Below, one piece after another: positions 38,824 to 51,889 of a stretch of 64,000 bases of DNA; the first letter of the stretch is position 1, and each line of letters begins with the position of its first letter. A model generated the notes under the pieces. It was not told the DNA's origin. It did no database searches and saw only the letters and a list, made by a program, of their open reading frames with translations. A program made the translations under genes and the position numbers. The DNA comes from Camelus ferus (taxonomy: Eukaryota), in assembly GCF_009834535.1 (NCBI RefSeq), contig NC_045696.1, positions 15,192,001-15,256,000 on the forward strand. The letters are read 5' to 3'.

Positions 38824-39726
38824 TTCGTTCCCTCTCCTCTGTATAACTGGTGACCACTCTATAAACTTCCATCTTTGTTATACTTCTTCCTTTTTTTCCT
38901 CTTAACACATTTTTTCTTTTCTCTCTTTCCCTTTATAATTTTACACCCTACTTATCAATACTTGGATATTATAATGGATAGAAAAAAATTAATTTTCCAA
39001 ATGAAAGAGTATGTCCATTTTTTGGTAAATCCTCCAGTAAAAATATGCTAAGATAAAATATTAGCAGAGATCATGACAAGCATATTCTGCATTTCTGGCA
39101 CATGGGAGGATTAGTAACAATCTTTATTGAGTGATTGTCATGATCCAAGCATGGAAATTATGTTTATTTATTACACATCAACATTTGATCACAGTTGCAT
39201 AGTTTTTAAAAAATGTCTTCCTCCTCCTAATTTTAGAGACCTTAAAATGCCTGTGCCTAAATAAGTTTAGTTTCTTCTATAAGACATCACAGAAATTCCG
39301 TGTTGCATCTGTGCCAAAATATCTGAGCTAATAACGGACACGTTAAAAAAAAAATCTGAGCTAATCCATATTATTTTTAAATTACCTCTCAAAATGTCAT
39401 TTTCACATGTGAAACAGATAACTTCATATAGTTTAGCATCTCTTTCATGTTTGGAATTTCCTCAAACAATTCTATTAACATAAAATCTGCAGGTGGGGGA
39501 AATAACAGTTTTGCTAAATGCAGAGAAAATACATTTAATCTTGGTGGTTAACTTCAGAAAGTTGACTCAGGCTAGTCAATGATCAAATTTATTTGCCCTG
39601 GACCAAATATATTTCTTGTGTTTTAAGAAGCATGCTCTAGACTGGCCAATCTGAAAATACACAACATAGCTTCCCTTTCAGGATTTATCCCTGAATTGAA
39701 TATTCCACCTAGGTATTCCACCTAGG

Positions 39727-40182
39727 TCCCCTGGGATACTTGTACCACTCGGTGTGCTGTGTGCTTTGCCTCTAATAACTGGCTCCTGTGACATTCCTTA
39801 GAGGGCTTTTCCTGGGGTGGAGGATCTCTTAGGGCCAGAGGTGCCTGGAAATTTACCTTCCCTGAGTTCCCTCTGGGCAGCCCTATAGCCAGTAACTGAT
39901 TGGTCCTGGAAGAAATCAGGATCCCTCCTTAAGAGGGGCAAACAATGCTGTGTCATTTACACTGGGAGCCCCTAGTAGGATTGGACTAAAGCTGGGACTT
40001 TGACAAAAAACAAACAAATGAACAACAAAAAAACACAACAACAACAAAAAACACAACAACAAGAAAAAAAACAACTTACCTTTGCTCAATTTCTTCTTCC
40101 CTGGTTCCTTACTGCATTCTCCTGGGAACATGTGCATATAAATATGTACCTCCTGGTTGGCTTCTGGGAACCCCAGTTTAGT
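39727..40182 (+). mobile_element. ERVL-class LTR (LTR16-like)
   Basis: CCAGAGGTGCCTGGAAATTTAC...CAGCCCTATAGCCAGTAACTGATTGG...TCTCCTGGGAACA...GCTTCTGGGAACCC. Confidence 0.65.
40003..40075. repeat. A/C-rich (CAA/AAAC)n imperfect microsatellite inside the LTR
   Basis: Direct read; produces the Q/K-rich ORF 40000-40209. Confidence 0.85.
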
Positions 40183-41419
40183 ACCCTTATTGATATAAAA
40201 GTGCTTTAAAAGAAAGGCAATTTTACATTTGGGTTGCAGTGTAAAAATCATCCTAGGTAGATTATCAGCAATGAAATCTAACAAGAAATTTTTTTAAAGA
40301 TCAAGTAACAGTAATTTCAGAAAAGTAAAAATGTTCTCTAACAGATGGGTTTTAAAATATAATTAACAATATTAATTTTTCAAAGGAGAAAATTATCATC
40401 ATGATTGCTAAGTAATAAATAAGAAAAGTAAATAAGACAGACACTTCTTCCTTTAAATTTATATATGTGTGAACCTCCTACTTATTTGAAAGTATCTAAT
40501 CACATTCAATTTATAGGAAACTTCCTGGATTGGAATTCACATCTCTCTCAGGTTTTCTAGTTCCATGACAGCTTCTTCTCTTGTATAAGTTGTAAAAATC
40601 AGACAATGTGTATAATAAGCTCTGTATTACAAGATTGAAAATGAGATCATTATAATGATATAAAATAGAAAATAAATTGGATGAAGTTGTATTTGAAAAG
40701 CACTAAATGAACAGCTCTACCATGACTACATTTTTAAAGTAGTCCATGGCACTTGATTTAACTCCATTGTATTTCCTGTATTTCTCAGAGTAAAACCTTT
40801 AAAAAGATGTTTTCTTTTATTAGTAGTAGTTTTATGTATACAGCAGATGTGTTTCATTTTGTTTTCTGACTATAAAAATATGCTCCCTTGTGGCAACTGA
40901 GTTAATTATTCATAGAGATGGCTTAAAACCACACCACAGATATCAGTAAAAGTTTATTCAAGATTTAAAATAAATAACATCTCTGAAAAAGCTTACATGG
41001 GCCATCCTTTTACAATATTCCAAAGTGATATGACTGGGAAAAAAGGGATTAGTAATCTAAGGTTGCATATCTCCTCAGATACTTAGAAGCAACAGAAAAA
41101 TGGAATTATTAACACTGGAAGATCAAACTTGTTTCAGCAGTGATTAGAAGTAGAGCAATTAGTGAGAAATGTCATTTTTAACTTTAAAAGAATAAGTTTT
41201 ACACAAACTCATTTTCTGAATAAGGATATACTGAAATCAGAGGGGAAAAATTTTTCTTCTCAAACCAGTAAACTGTTAGACTATATTACAACACATCATG
41301 GTGGGATGTGAATGAATACCAAGCTTCCCATGGGAGATAATGAAAGGAAAACAGGTATATTTCACCTTCAGTCACTAGAAGGAAAAAAACAAAACAAAAT
41401 AAAACAAACGCATAAACCT

Positions 41420-41470
41420 GAGACGTATTGTAATCTCCACTTTTCCCAGGAGGAAACTGAGATTCAGACA
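41420..41470 (-). mobile_element. MIR core fragment
   Basis: ATCTCCACTTTTCCCAGGAGGAAACTGAGATTCAGA. Confidence 0.6.
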
Positions 41471-41734
41471 TGAATAAACAAATAGGCATTATTTAGGCAT
41501 TAACATACGCCTTAACTTCTCCTAAGGATCTTGCCTATAATCTTGACTTCTTCTCAGAGATGAAGTGCTGATCCCTGAAAAACAGCCACACCTTCCTTCT
41601 CTTCAGTTCTCTCAGACACAGATAGAGAGTTAGAGAAGCCACCAGAACAAGTTTTGTTAAAAGGACGAATAAGATGAACAGTTTGAAATTATGCTGGGTG
41701 TTTTTAGATTTAATGGGAGGGAGACACAAGAGCC

Positions 41735-41775
41735 ACACAAAAACTGGCAGCAGGTCAGATTTGGCCTAAGGGCTC
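41735..41775 (+). mobile_element. MER58-like hAT fragment
   Basis: ACAAAAACTGGCAGCAGGTCAGATTTGGCC resembles the MER58A end. Confidence 0.55.
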
Positions 41776-42019
41776 TTGATATAGAACATGGAAAATTAAG
41801 CAGGGGCTTTATGGGGATTACACATCACCCAAAATACTGAATTTGAACGTGGATGATACTTTGAGTTGTTTGTATTTGAGAAAAGGTTGGCTTTATTTTT
41901 ATATCAGCATTTTTGACAGAATGTATAAGAAGGGATGGATTGCGGTCGGTATTTTTGGTGGAGTCCTCCAAAACATCCGTGTCACACCAGATGAATGTTC
42001 TATTCTGGTGATGATTATT

Positions 42020-42260
42020 CCTTCTTCCTTGATAACGATCTGGTTAGAAATGGAAATGTGACATAATTCAGGATCTATGGGGAAGTCCACTTGGAGAGCT
42101 CTAAGAAAGATGTTCTTTCTCTTAGAAGGAGGCCTAAGAAAGAGATGATCCTCTTCTTCCTTTAAATTTCATCCAATGTAAATATGAGATGTGACCCCAG
42201 GAACTACTGTAGCCATCCTGTTACCAAGTAAATGTGAAGCCAAAATGAAGGACAAGTCAG
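42020..42260 (+). mobile_element. Old MaLR LTR fragment (MLT1J/K-like)
   Basis: TGGTTAGAAATGGAAATGTGACATAATTC...GGAAGTCCAC...GATGTGACCCCAGGAACTACTGTAGCCATCCTG. Confidence 0.6.
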
Positions 42261-42451
42261 AAAGATAATGTCAGTGTTTTACTAGCTCTGCTTGTTTCTC
42301 TACCCAGATCCCAGTAAGTCTGCAGATTCAGGTCTCTTCTGAATATCCTTCTCTCCCATTTTTGGTCTCCAAAGATACTTATGAGTTTTGTTGTCATTGT
42401 TCTTTTTATGGTTGTTTTTCACATTTTAGCATTTTTCTATTATCAGGGTGA

Positions 42452-43195
42452 TTTTTTTTTATCATTGAAGAATAGAATGTTTTATTAGTTTCTGGGGTAT
42501 GACAAACTCCAGGTCCATCCATGTTGCTGCAAATGCATTTTATTCTTTTCTATGGCTGAGTAGCATTCCATTGTATCTATATACCACAACTTCTTTATCC
42601 AATCATCTGTCAATGGGCATTTAGGTTGCTTTCATGTCTTGGCTATTGTATGTAGTGCTGCTATGAACATTGGGGTGCATGTATCTTTTCCAATTAGAGT
42701 TTCCTCTGGACATATGCCCAGGAGTGGGATTGCTGGATCATATGGTAACTCTAGTTTTAGATTTTGGAGAAATCTCCATACTGTTTTCCATAATGGCTGC
42801 ACCAAACTACATTCCTACCAGCAGTGCAGGAGGGTTCCCTTTTTTCCACACCCTCTTCAGCATTTATTGTTTATAGACTTTTTAATAATGGTCATTCTAA
42901 CCAGTGTAAGGTGATAACTCTTTGTAGTTTTAATTTGCATTTATCTGATAATTAGTGGTGTTGAGCATCTTTTTATGTGAGCATTGGCCATCTGTGTGTC
43001 TTCATTGAAGAAATGCTTGTTTAGGTCTTCTGTCAATTTTTTTATTGGGTTGCTTGTTTTTTGTTTTGTTTTGTTTTGGTTTTTTTCGGCCATTGAGTTA
43101 TATAAACGGTTTGTATATTCTAGAAGGTAAGCCCTTGTCACATCATTTGCAAATATTTCCTCCCATTCTGTAGGTTTCTTTGTCATTTTGTTTAA
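42452..43195 (-). mobile_element. Lineage-type (cetartiodactyl/camelid) L1 3' fragment with internal 3'UTR deletion
   Basis: TCCAGGTCCATCCATGTTGCTGCAAATG...GGTGCATGTATCTTTT...CCCAGGAGTGGGATTGCTGGATCATATGG; minus [13 protein letters not shown] is L1 ORF2-like. Confidence 0.92.
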
Positions 43196-44934
43196 TCACT
43201 ATGATCTTGAAGCATTCTGATGTTCATAGATATTTAAATCTTTAAAAAATAAATACTTAGTTTTTTTTTAAATTTGGCTTCTATCCATCCTATTAAGCAT
43301 TTGCACAAGAGCATCCAGTCATGACTTACATGGACATCTTGACCTTAAACATCCAGATTTTCTGTAGATCTAGTATTTCATGCAGGCTAATTGACGCGCT
43401 TTATTTATGGATGGTCTCCTCTGGACTGGCTTCAGCACAAGGCTGTGGCGTGCACTGGTCAGTCTGTAAATGGCTGCCTCATTGCCAGTCTGGTCATGGT
43501 AGTAGAATGGCATGGTACAATTAGATGTGGTCAAGGCAGACAATATGAAGCAGGGGGCAGAAAGAACCATCTGTGGCTGCTTTTGTCAGAAATGCCAAGT
43601 GGGTGTGGAAATGTTCCTAAATTGGAAATCAAGGGCCTCCTAAGAGCACAATATATTCCCGTGCAGGAGGAATGCGGGTAGGTCTTTCCCCCCTCCATGC
43701 TTAGAGAGCTTCTTCGATGTGATGCAGAGAAGTTATATAATTAGAGCTCTATGGGTCTGAAGTATAAATGTAAACATCACAGCATCAAAAAAGTAGCCAA
43801 AACTGGAGTTGTTATCCTGTATCTGGCTTTCAAAAAAAAAAAAAAAAGTTCAAATATAAGTGGAGGGTCCCCAGGAAGTAGTTGAAAAGTTGAAAAAATA
43901 TATCCTTAAGATACACAAAGATAATGGAATTCCACCTTAGGTGCTGGGATGAAGCTAATCTTAATCCCAGGTTGTAGGTTCTGTATATAATCCTTCTTAC
44001 TTATGCTCTGTAGTCACTTTCCTGCAGACTGAATTAAGCACAATTTAGAATGAAGGAAAGTCCCCCACCCTCTCTCCTTCTACCAGGTAAGGATAGAGCA
44101 CTTCCTGCCAAAACTCTCCCAAGTAAATAAATTACACTGAACCCGAGCTCTTGAATCTGGACAAACATTTCCAAAATTCAACTATCAACCTGTCACTGAG
44201 GTGGGGGCAAGGAGCCCTTCTTATCTGGCAAGTATTAAAGAATGTTGGATGAATTAATTTTACTACTGCTGTATCTCATGGGAGTGGGGTAGGCTAATAA
44301 AACAAAAGTGTGAGCTGATTAATTCTTTGTAATTATTGGCTGGGCTTTTCTAAGATATTCCACCACATACTCTCTAGGTTTATGTTATATTGGAGATGTC
44401 TAATATGTTTTTAAAATCCATTATTCAGGAATAGAGGGAGAAAAGTCTCCATCTTTTATGTGCCAGGCCATAAAAGAAAGTGATCATTGAAAAAAAAATA
44501 CAAGCAGCCTTTGTCCTAGGTAAATTTCACATAAACTCTGCACGTTAGAATTTGGAATTGCTTTGGGATCCCGCCAGGCAACAGCCCCTGGGGTGACAGG
44601 ACAAAATAAAGGAGGAAATGTGCTATCTAAGTTTAAAATACACATTTCTTAAAATGAATCCTATCTAAAGTAATTTTGAATGCTTACCCATTGGGTCACA
44701 TCCAAACAACTTCTGAAAACATTATTTATATTTGATGAATAAAGAATACCAAGTTACAGACACAATTTAGATTGCATTTAGAGAGCAGGCAATTGGTAGC
44801 TGGAAAATCAAATTGAACCAAAATGTTTCTGCTATTATATTATCATAAAGAAATTTCACTGCTAAATAATTCCCAACAGACTGAACAACTGATTGGCATT
44901 CTGAAACAATGAGTTTATTATTGTATAATCCTTT

Positions 44935-45050
44935 CCTTCATTCATTTGTTCATTCATTCAATCAACAAGATTTGAGTGTTTACTCTATGTGAAGCCCTGT
45001 GCTTAAGGTTGGACTATAGTCCTCAAACTCATGGAGTTTATATTTGAGGG
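44935..45050 (-). mobile_element. L2 3' end
   Basis: TTCATTCATTTGTTCATTCATTCAATCAACAAGATTTGAGTGTTTACTCTATGTG...CTCATGGAGTTTATATT. Confidence 0.75.
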
Positions 45051-45381
45051 TAATTTCTACCCACTCAACCCAAAGTTAAGGTTTCTAGTATTTATCATAA
45101 TAATAATATAAAGTTAAAAAAATTGGAATTTAGATAAAGAATGACTCTAGCTTAAGACATAAAAATAAATATAATAGGATATTGTTATAGTCAAGAGACC
45201 AATAATTTTAATGTGAATATTTTTGGAATTTTATGTATTTCTTCTGATTTAGATTTTCAGTCAATGAATTGAATATCTTGGTATAAAGAGTGGCTTAAAA
45301 AAGCAAAAATTCTCCAATAAAATGACATAAACCAAATGAATCTTTATATTTTATATATTTCAGTTATATCTGTTTTTATAA

Positions 45382-46003
45382 ATCAGGAATTCAGGAGTCA
45401 TCCTTGACTTCCTTCTATTTCTCACCAGTTCCTTAATCCCTGTTGCCCAACCAATCCAACCTACTGATTCTATATTCTTAATACAGCTCAGATCCAGCCC
45501 CTACTCTCCATTCTCACTGCCACTATCTTAATTTTCCTTAGATTAAGAAAATAGTCATTATGTATGTGTTTCTGCCTTCTTTCTGACCATGCTCTATATT
45601 TATCTTCACACATCACATGGAACTCATTCTGGAACCCATTTTTCTTCCTTTAATTACAATCCCCAGTGTCTATCCAAAGCATATGATGCATACAATGTAA
45701 ATTTCAAATCCTTTAGCATCACTTCCAGGACCGTTTTGGATCTATTCTCTGCCTGCTTGGGTGGGCTTCAATAAGCACCACTGTCCCATCTAATACCCTA
45801 CACTCTGGTTCCTGAAACATCATCCTCCATCATGTCTCTATTTTTTATGCTTTTCTTCCTCCCTAATTGATCCCCCTCAATGTTCATCCATCTGGTAAAA
45901 ACTTTCAATTTTCAGGACTCAGTTCAGCCACTTCTCCTCAACACTTTCTAACCCACACCTCAGTATAGACTTTGCCACTTCCTCTTCTGAGATCCCATAA
46001 TGG
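45382..46003 (+). mobile_element. L2 LINE segment
   Basis: AGGAGTCATCCTTGACTTCCTTCT...CCCCTACTCTCCATTCTCACTGCCACT...TTCAGGACTCAGTTCAG. Confidence 0.8.
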
Positions 46004-46297
46004 CTACTCCAAACCTTTATTAGAGATACCTCTCTAAGGATTTGTCCAAACTATACCCATCAAACTTTTTAGGGACATGAAAGGTTGCATGCACAAACCT
46101 TTTCCCAGAGCTTTGTGCAAAAGCCTGATATATATGAAGTTCAGGCTCATGTGTATTTAGAAAATGAATCACTGAACACATAAGTACAAACAAAGTTATT
46201 TTTAATATAGTGCAACCCAAAGAGAGCGGAAATGCAATAACTATACCAATGACCAGAGGAACTCAGTTATTTTCAGGTTATGGATCGAAGAATTGCT

Positions 46298-47271
46298 TTT
46301 CCAGTTTTACTGAGGAATAATTAACTGTATAAATTTAAGGCATACATCATGAGAGTTTGATTTACATATATTGTGAAATAATTACAATAGGTCAGCTAAC
46401 ATTCATCTTCTCATATAGAAACAATAAAAAGAAAAGAAGGGAAGAAAATTCTTGTGATGAGAATTTTTAGAACTTACCCTCTCAACTTTTCTAACTGCAG
46501 TCATGATGTTGTACATTACATCCTTGGTACCTATTTATCTTATAAACAGGAGTTTGTGCCTTTGAGCCACCTTCCTCCAACTCTCCTTCACTCACTCTCC
46601 ACCTCTGGTAACCACAGTCGAATATCTTTTTCTATGAGTTTTTTTTTTTAACTTTTTGTTAGATTCCACATGTAATTGAGATTGTACAGTATTTGTCTTT
46701 CTCTGTCTGACTTATTTCACTTAGCATAACGTCTTCAGGTTCCAACCATGTTGTCACAAGTGGTAGGATTTCTTTCTTTTATGTCTGTATAATATTCCTT
46801 TATATATTTATACATATGTATCATAACTTCTTTATGCATTCATCCATCTTGACTATTATAAATAGTCATGTCTTGACTATTATAAATAATGCTGCTCTGA
46901 ATATGGTGATGGAAAGTATCTCTTTGAGTCACTGCTTTGTTTTGCATATATTCCCAGAAGTGGAGTTGCTGCATCATGTGGTGGTTCTAGTTTTAATTTT
47001 TGAGGCACTTCCATAGTATTTTCCATAATGCCTGTAACTAACTTAAAATCCCACCAACAGAGCAGGAGTGTTCCCTTTTCTCCACATCCACACCAGCATT
47101 TGTTATCTCTCTTTTATCTGTCTTTTTGGTGATGGTCATCCTAACAGGAGAGAGATGATATCTTATTTTCATTTTAATTTGCATTTCCCTGATATTAGTA
47201 ATGTTGAACATCTTTTCATGTACCTGTGGCGTTTTGTATATATATTTTTTGGAAAAATGTCTACTCAGGTT
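46298..47271 (-). mobile_element. L1MA9-like (laurasiatherian) LINE 3' end
   Basis: CCAGTTTTACTGAGGAATAA...AGATTCCACATGTAATTGAGAT...TTTGTCTTTCTCTGTCTGACTTATTTCACTTAGCATAA; minus ORF IREMQIKMKIRYHLSPVRM is L1 ORF2 C-terminal; possible degenerate TSD GAAGAATTGCTTTT / GAAAGAATGTTTT. Confidence 0.92.
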
Positions 47272-48189
47272 GAAAGAATGTTTTAAATATGGAATAAGAA
47301 AACAAAATTCTCTTTGGGAAGAGGTCCAATTCCCTATGTTCTTCTGAGACATTGCTATTTTTTTTTTTCTTTAAATAGTATACCTTTAGCTCAGGGAAAA
47401 CAGAGAAATACAATTCATGGCAATTTACAAACAACACAACATAGAAAAAGGAGGGAAGGATGGAAGGGAAGAAGGAAGGAAGGAACGAAGGACAGATGGG
47501 AAAATGGAAGGAGGGCAGAAAAAAGACCTAGAAACTCCCACCAGTTCTTTCTTAGGCAACATCTTTTTGATGCCACCTGCCTAGTTACAGAGCCCAGCTG
47601 ATGTATGTGAATTTTGACCCCATGTCACCTATTTCCTTCATCTGTGCTTGCTACACATATCCTGATGCCCTGTAAAACTCCTTCTTGCAGAACTGGAGCA
47701 AACATCCTCCCATAAATACATGAGTCCTTACAGCCTCTATCCCTGACTGACTCTAGCTTCTACAAATGTGTACAACAAATTTGGAAGTACGAATAAATAA
47801 TTCTTCATTTAATCTTTCATTCTGTTCTTCAAAAATAGTAGTTACTGATTACTTCTTAGGAGGAAGACCTTAGGGTAGGAATATTATATCCCAGAGACCC
47901 TAGAGGTAACAAAGGATAGTAGAGGGGGCACAAGTAAGAAAAATACAAGTAATAATGTTAAAAATCTAGAATGAAGGTACAAGCAAAATGCCTAGGTATT
48001 CTAAAAAAGCAAAGTAACACGATCCTGTTTTACTCAATTATTTTAATATCGTTTAAAATACAGTTGTTTATAATATGTCCTAAATTTTACATTTCTAAAT
48101 TAGTCTTTGCTGCTAGTCGCTGACACAGTACTCTGTTTCCTTAGAATGTGAATTCAATCTAAGCTATTTTTAATTCTGATTTATGTTTT

Positions 48190-48450
48190 CTGTTTTCCTC
48201 TACTCCCCACTAGAATCTGAACTTCAAACAGAATCTGCTTGTCTTAATCTCCATTTAATCCTCTTAACACTCAGTTCAATCTTTACTTTAAAATCAATGA
48301 ATATATTATTTTATTGGTTTCTAGTAAAGACACAATGAAGGAAGAGGTATTAACCCGGTATAACGGGTGACAAGGAAACTGAGCCATAGAGGGGCAAAGT
48401 AATTTAACAACAGCCAGGGTGTAGTGGAGTAAGAGGTCAAGCCCTCCCTC
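48190..48450. mobile_element. L2 3' end (+, about 48190-48310) then MIR core (-, about 48330-48450)
   Basis: CTCCCCACTAGAATCTGAACTTC; AGGAAACTGAGCCATAGAGGGGCAAAGTAATTT. Confidence 0.6.
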
Positions 48451-49162
48451 TCAAGAACCTTGCCCCACTCTGCTCCCCCTGCCCGCCTTCAGGTGAGTAG
48501 CATCCTATACAGCACGTGGTAGATCCTCTTAGAATCCCTAAGGGCTTACTGCACTGGTTGGGGCATAAAGAAGAAAGTAAATTCTCTTCTATCTCACTTG
48601 ACATGGAGGCATTAAATGTAAACTTAAAAGAGTAAATCGGCAAACTATGACATTATTTTGACAATTCTTTAATGAATGCCATTTTTATCCAGTTTATTCT
48701 TCAGGAATTATATAATTGAATTTTTACATCTGCATAGAAGATTAAGTAAATAACTATACAAATTGATACTTAACTCCAAAGAACAATCAGTCATCTAAGA
48801 AAAAGTAAGTTCATACAACTTACTGAGATGTTAATGAATGACTAATAGAATGTCAAGTAGAAATTAGATGAAAAATTTTGAGTTATTTGAAGACTGTAAG
48901 TAGCATGTATACTAATGAACATTTTACATGAGTAAACGCCTATAAATCGACTGTACTTCAATAAAAAAATGACATTCAATTGGAAACTCATTTCTCCAAA
49001 ATTCTACTAGATTATTATAGAAAATATTTAAGAAGAGAATGAAAATGTTTAGTAGCATTATACAATATATTATTGGGTTTAAATAAAGTATGAAAGATAC
49101 GGATATTTGATCTCATGAGATGGTAGTGGAAGCTGGTGGAAACAATCATTAGATAGGATTTT

Positions 49163-49250
49163 CTGAAAAGGAATATATGTATGACTGAAAACACTATGCT
49201 GTACACCAGAAATTGACACAACACTGCAAACCGACTTCAATTTAAAAATT
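49163..49250 (+). mobile_element. Short cetartiodactyl/camelid L1 3' tail
   Basis: GAATATATGTATGACTGAAAACACTATGCTGTACACCAGAAATTGACACAACACTGCAAACCGACTTCAATTTAAAAA. Confidence 0.75.
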
Positions 49251-49529
49251 ATTTTAATTTAAAATTTTTAAATATTGAAAGAAAGAGAGAAAACCTCAAA
49301 GGGCTGCTCTGAGGCTTAGATAAATTTACATTTTAGATGCATTTTGTATGGCCCAGGGTAGAGAGTGAGTGCAATGTAAGTTTTGGCATAAAAACAGGAA
49401 AAAAAAAACCCTGAAATGAATATTTTGTTTAGGTTTATGTTTGAGTGTTTTTGCATTGTTAAATATTACATTGTTCATCTAAATAAAGACAGCAACAGGG
49501 GGCCTATTTATGTTTTCTATTTATATTTC

Positions 49530-50755
49530 ACATTTACATTTTAATTGTATAACTTTTAACAAATATAATAGGATATAACACATACAATAAACCTCATATG
49601 TTTGAAGTGTACGTAGCATATTAAACACTCATTAAACCATCAGGGATTGTTAATTTTATGTGTCAACTTGACTGGTCCAAGGGATGCCCAGGTAGCTGGT
49701 AAAGCCTTATTTCTCATCATGTCTGTGAGGCTGTTTCTGGAAGAGATTAATATCTGAATTGGTAGACTGAATAAAGAAGGTTCACCTTCACCAATGCAGG
49801 TGGGTGTTAGCCAGTCCTGAGGACCTGTATGGAATAAAAAGGCAGAGGAGGGGGGATTGGCTCTGTTTGAGCCAGGGCATCATTCTCCCTTGCCTTTGGA
49901 CACAGGTGCTCCTGGTTCTCAGGCCTCCGGACTTGGGCTGAATCGCTACCCACTTTCCTGTGTCTCCAGCTGGAAGCAGACTGTGGGACTTCTCGGCTTT
50001 CATTACTGTCTGAGGCAATTCCTATAATAATTTCCTCTTATACACACATATGTTCTACGTATTCTGTTGGTTCTGCTTCTCTGGAGAACCTTGACTAATA
50101 CACCATCCAATATGAAGACAGTAAACGTATTAATTACCTACAATTTACGTCATGATTCTTGCCTTCACCCCTCCCAACCCAGGCATTCCCTTACCCACTT
50201 TCTATCTCTCTTGATGAGACTGAATTTTCTAGAATTTTAGGAAGATAGAATGGTACAGTACGTTTGGCTCTTGTTCTTTTTGTTAATGTGGTTCGTCTCA
50301 CTCAGCATAGTTATTTCGAGATCCGTCTATGTCGTTAAATAGATCGAGTTGATTTCTTTTTCTTTCTGCATAACGTCCCATTGTTAGGATATATCACCAT
50401 TTGTTTATCCACCTGAGAGGTTGTTTTCAGTTTTTAGCTATTACAAATAAAGCTGTTCAAACATTTGTGTATCAGTTTTGTATAGACATATGTTTTCATT
50501 TCCTTTGGGCAGATACCCAAGAGTGGAACAGCTGGATCTTATAACAGCTATACATCTAATTTTCTTTTTAAAGCCACACTGTTTTCCAAAGCAAGTGTAC
50601 CCGTTTCCACTTCCACCAGCAGTGTGTGAGTGTTCCAGTTCCTCCACATCCTTGCCAACGCTTGTGTGGCTAGTCATTCTAATTTTAGCCTCTTTAATAG
50701 GTGTGTACTGATATCTCATTATGGTTTAATATTCATTTCCCTAATGACTAATATA
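49530..50755 (-). mobile_element. L1MB-type 3' end, interrupted by MLT2
   Basis: TTTTCAGTTTTTAGCTATTACAAATAAAGCTG...TTCCACTTCCACCAGCAGTG; minus ORF MRYQYTPIKEAKI...VGKDVEELE is L1 ORF2 C-terminal. Confidence 0.85.
49642..50102 (+). mobile_element. MLT2 (ERVL) solo LTR with 5-bp TSD CCATC
   Basis: GTTAATTTTATGTGTCAACTTGACTGG...TTCTGCTTCTCTGGAGAACCTTGACTAATACA; CCATC at 49637-49641 and 50103-50107. Confidence 0.95.
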
Positions 50756-50779
50756 GTCATTATAGATTGTCCATCAATG

Positions 50780-51830
50780 TATCTTTTTAGGAACATTATC
50801 AAGTGATGCAATTATTACCATACATCAGTTTTGGAACATTTTTACTATTCCCTTTAATGAGATTTATCATTCCCATTTACAGTTAATCCCTGTTCCCACA
50901 CTCAGCCCCAGGCAACTAGTCATCTAGTTTCTATTCTATAAATATGCCTTTTATAGACACTTAGACAAATGGAATCGTAAAATATGTGATCTCTGTGCCT
51001 GGCTTCTTGCATTTAGCATCGTGGTTCTGAGGGTCAGCCCTGATGTAGCATGTAGCAGTAGTTCATTTATTTTATTGCTGAATGGTAATTCATTGTAATA
51101 GTAATCCATTGGCTATAACAAAAATTTTTATCCATTCACCCGATGAGGAGCATTTAGATTGTTTCCAGTTTTTGGCAATTATGAATAATGCTACTATGAA
51201 CATTCATATGCAAATCTTTATGTGGACAGATGCTGAGGTCTGGATTGCATTCATTTATTTGCATATGGATATTGTTACGAACTGAGTTGTAACCCTTCCC
51301 CCCAATTCATACACTGTAGTCCTAATGCCCAGTACCGCAGAGTGTGACTGTATTTGGAGACAGTGTCTTTAAAGATGTGATTAAGGTGAAACAGTGTTGA
51401 AAGCGTGTCCCTGAATCACTATGACTAGTGCCCTTTCAAGAAGAGGAGATTAGGACACAAAACACAGAGGGAAGACCATGTGAAGACAACAGAAGAGGAC
51501 GGCCGTCTGCAAGCCAGGGAGACAGCTCTCAGAAGAAAGTAACCCTGCTGACAGTTTGACCTTGGATCCATATGCTCCAAACTTGAGGAAATAAATTTGT
51601 TTTGTAAGCCACTCAATTTGTGAAATTCTATTATGGCAGCCCTAGCAAACTATGGTATCAGTCTGTTCCTGTAACATTTTTTGAGAAAAGTAAAACTTTC
51701 TCCCCTGAATTGTCTGTGTATGTGTATCTTTGCTCATATTTGTGGGTTTATTTCTGATATTTTCTATAGTGTTCCATAGATCGATATACCTGTGTTTAAG
51801 TATAAAATTGTCTTCATTTGTCTTTTCTCC
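50780..51830 (-). mobile_element. Second L1MB-type fragment(s), interrupted by MLT1B
   Basis: CAGCCCCAGGCAACTAG...AATGGAATCGTAAAATATGTG...GATTGTTTCCAGTTTTTGGCAATTATGAATAATGCT. Confidence 0.8.
51273..51654 (+). mobile_element. MLT1B-like MaLR solo LTR
   Basis: TGTTACGAACTGAGTTG...GTGACTGTATTTGGAGA...CACAGAGGGAAGACCATGTGAAGACA...TATGGCAGCCCTAGCAAACTA. Confidence 0.92.
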
Positions 51831-51889
51831 CTCTAATGTATGTTTACTGTAATATGTTATATAATAATATAAATGTTTATTTTAGGAAA

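Noticed and set aside
48353..48368. Small hairpin ACCCG-N6-CGGGT
   Set aside because: 5-bp stem inside a decayed MIR; expected by chance
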